From positions 1,765,765 to 1,813,439 of the forward strand of contig NW_008246068.1 of assembly GCF_000281045.1 (NCBI RefSeq): 47,675 bases of DNA, written 5' to 3'. Positions 46,976 through 47,675 of this stretch are shown here, in pieces. The notes under the pieces are model-generated. The model did no database searches, was not told where the DNA came from, and was given only the letters and a program-made list of their open reading frames with translations. The translations under genes and the position numbers were made by a program. Source of the DNA: Saprolegnia diclina VS20 (taxonomy: Eukaryota). Numbering within the stretch: the stretch's first letter is position 1; each line of letters opens with the position of its first letter.

Positions 46976-47675
46976 CAGGACGCTGACGTCGCTTGCCGGC
47001 AACATCACGTTTGAAATGGAATCGCTCAAAGTTGGCACAGTGATAGAAGACACTTTGGAGAGCAGAGCAGACCGCGATTCGTCGTCGTTGCCGTCCAACA
47101 ACGCGCGCAAAACTTGACCACTGATACAAAGCTCTTGAATCGTTAAGAAGCAAAGGACCGCATTGGCACGCCGTAGTCTTCGCCTTTGCACTTGTAGCCT
47201 CCCCTTCCAGTGGATCAAGATTGTGATTCCCGGCAACATATATTCAAATACAAAGCTTCGCACCTCGATTTGAGCAATGTCGTTGATAACGCATCGGCTT
47301 CGCGCGCGCGGCGTACCCACACGCATATCACTGTACTCATGGACGTGTATGCGTGGTCGACAACTGATATTGAGCAGCGAGCCCCAGGACGTTCTTGTCA
47401 TTGTCGACTTGACGTTGGCAGCGATATACACACAAAATATGCATTTACGTGTCTCACATCTGAAGCGCGGCAACTCAAACGCCAATCTCTCACGCAGGTC
47501 GTGTTCCCGACGACTGTTATCTAAACCGACTAACGCCGTCCGCTTCCGTGTTGGTGCCGAGTCCGCCTCCATCAACTCCGCCGTACTTGTAACGTGTACA
47601 GTGCACGTCATGAAAACTATGCTGGCTTGATTGCTCGAGCGCATCTATGGAGCTTGCCAACGCCATGGACAAACA

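Overview
Eukaryotic draft-assembly scaffold with four N gaps (1936-2800, 5983-6447, 42571-42670, 44591-44690). GC-rich coding DNA, 40-55 nt GT-AG introns and the gene content point to an oomycete, probably Saprolegnia-like (inference). From left to right: (1) a minus-strand tandem array of at least four paralogues of a ~890-aa protein with a degenerate 2OG-Fe(II)-oxygenase-like N-terminus, one copy pseudogenised; (2) a small Cys/His 'HGGG' repeat (WRKY19-like zinc finger) protein; (3) a valyl-tRNA synthetase with a mitochondrial-type leader; (4) divergent from it, a ~2126-aa P4-ATPase (flippase)-guanylyl cyclase fusion in 11 exons; (5) a MATE transporter; (6) a ~1085-aa PP2C-2xCNBD-pseudokinase protein in 12 exons; (7) a ~3708-aa all-armadillo-repeat protein in 6 exons; (8) a gappy tail with a 1.5-kb near-identical duplication carrying a frameshifted GCN1-like C-terminal fragment. 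The most notable observation is a predicted cGMP source (the flippase-cyclase) lying about 2.9 kb from a predicted cyclic-nucleotide-regulated phosphatase/pseudokinase. All exon structures were read by hand and no database searches were run.
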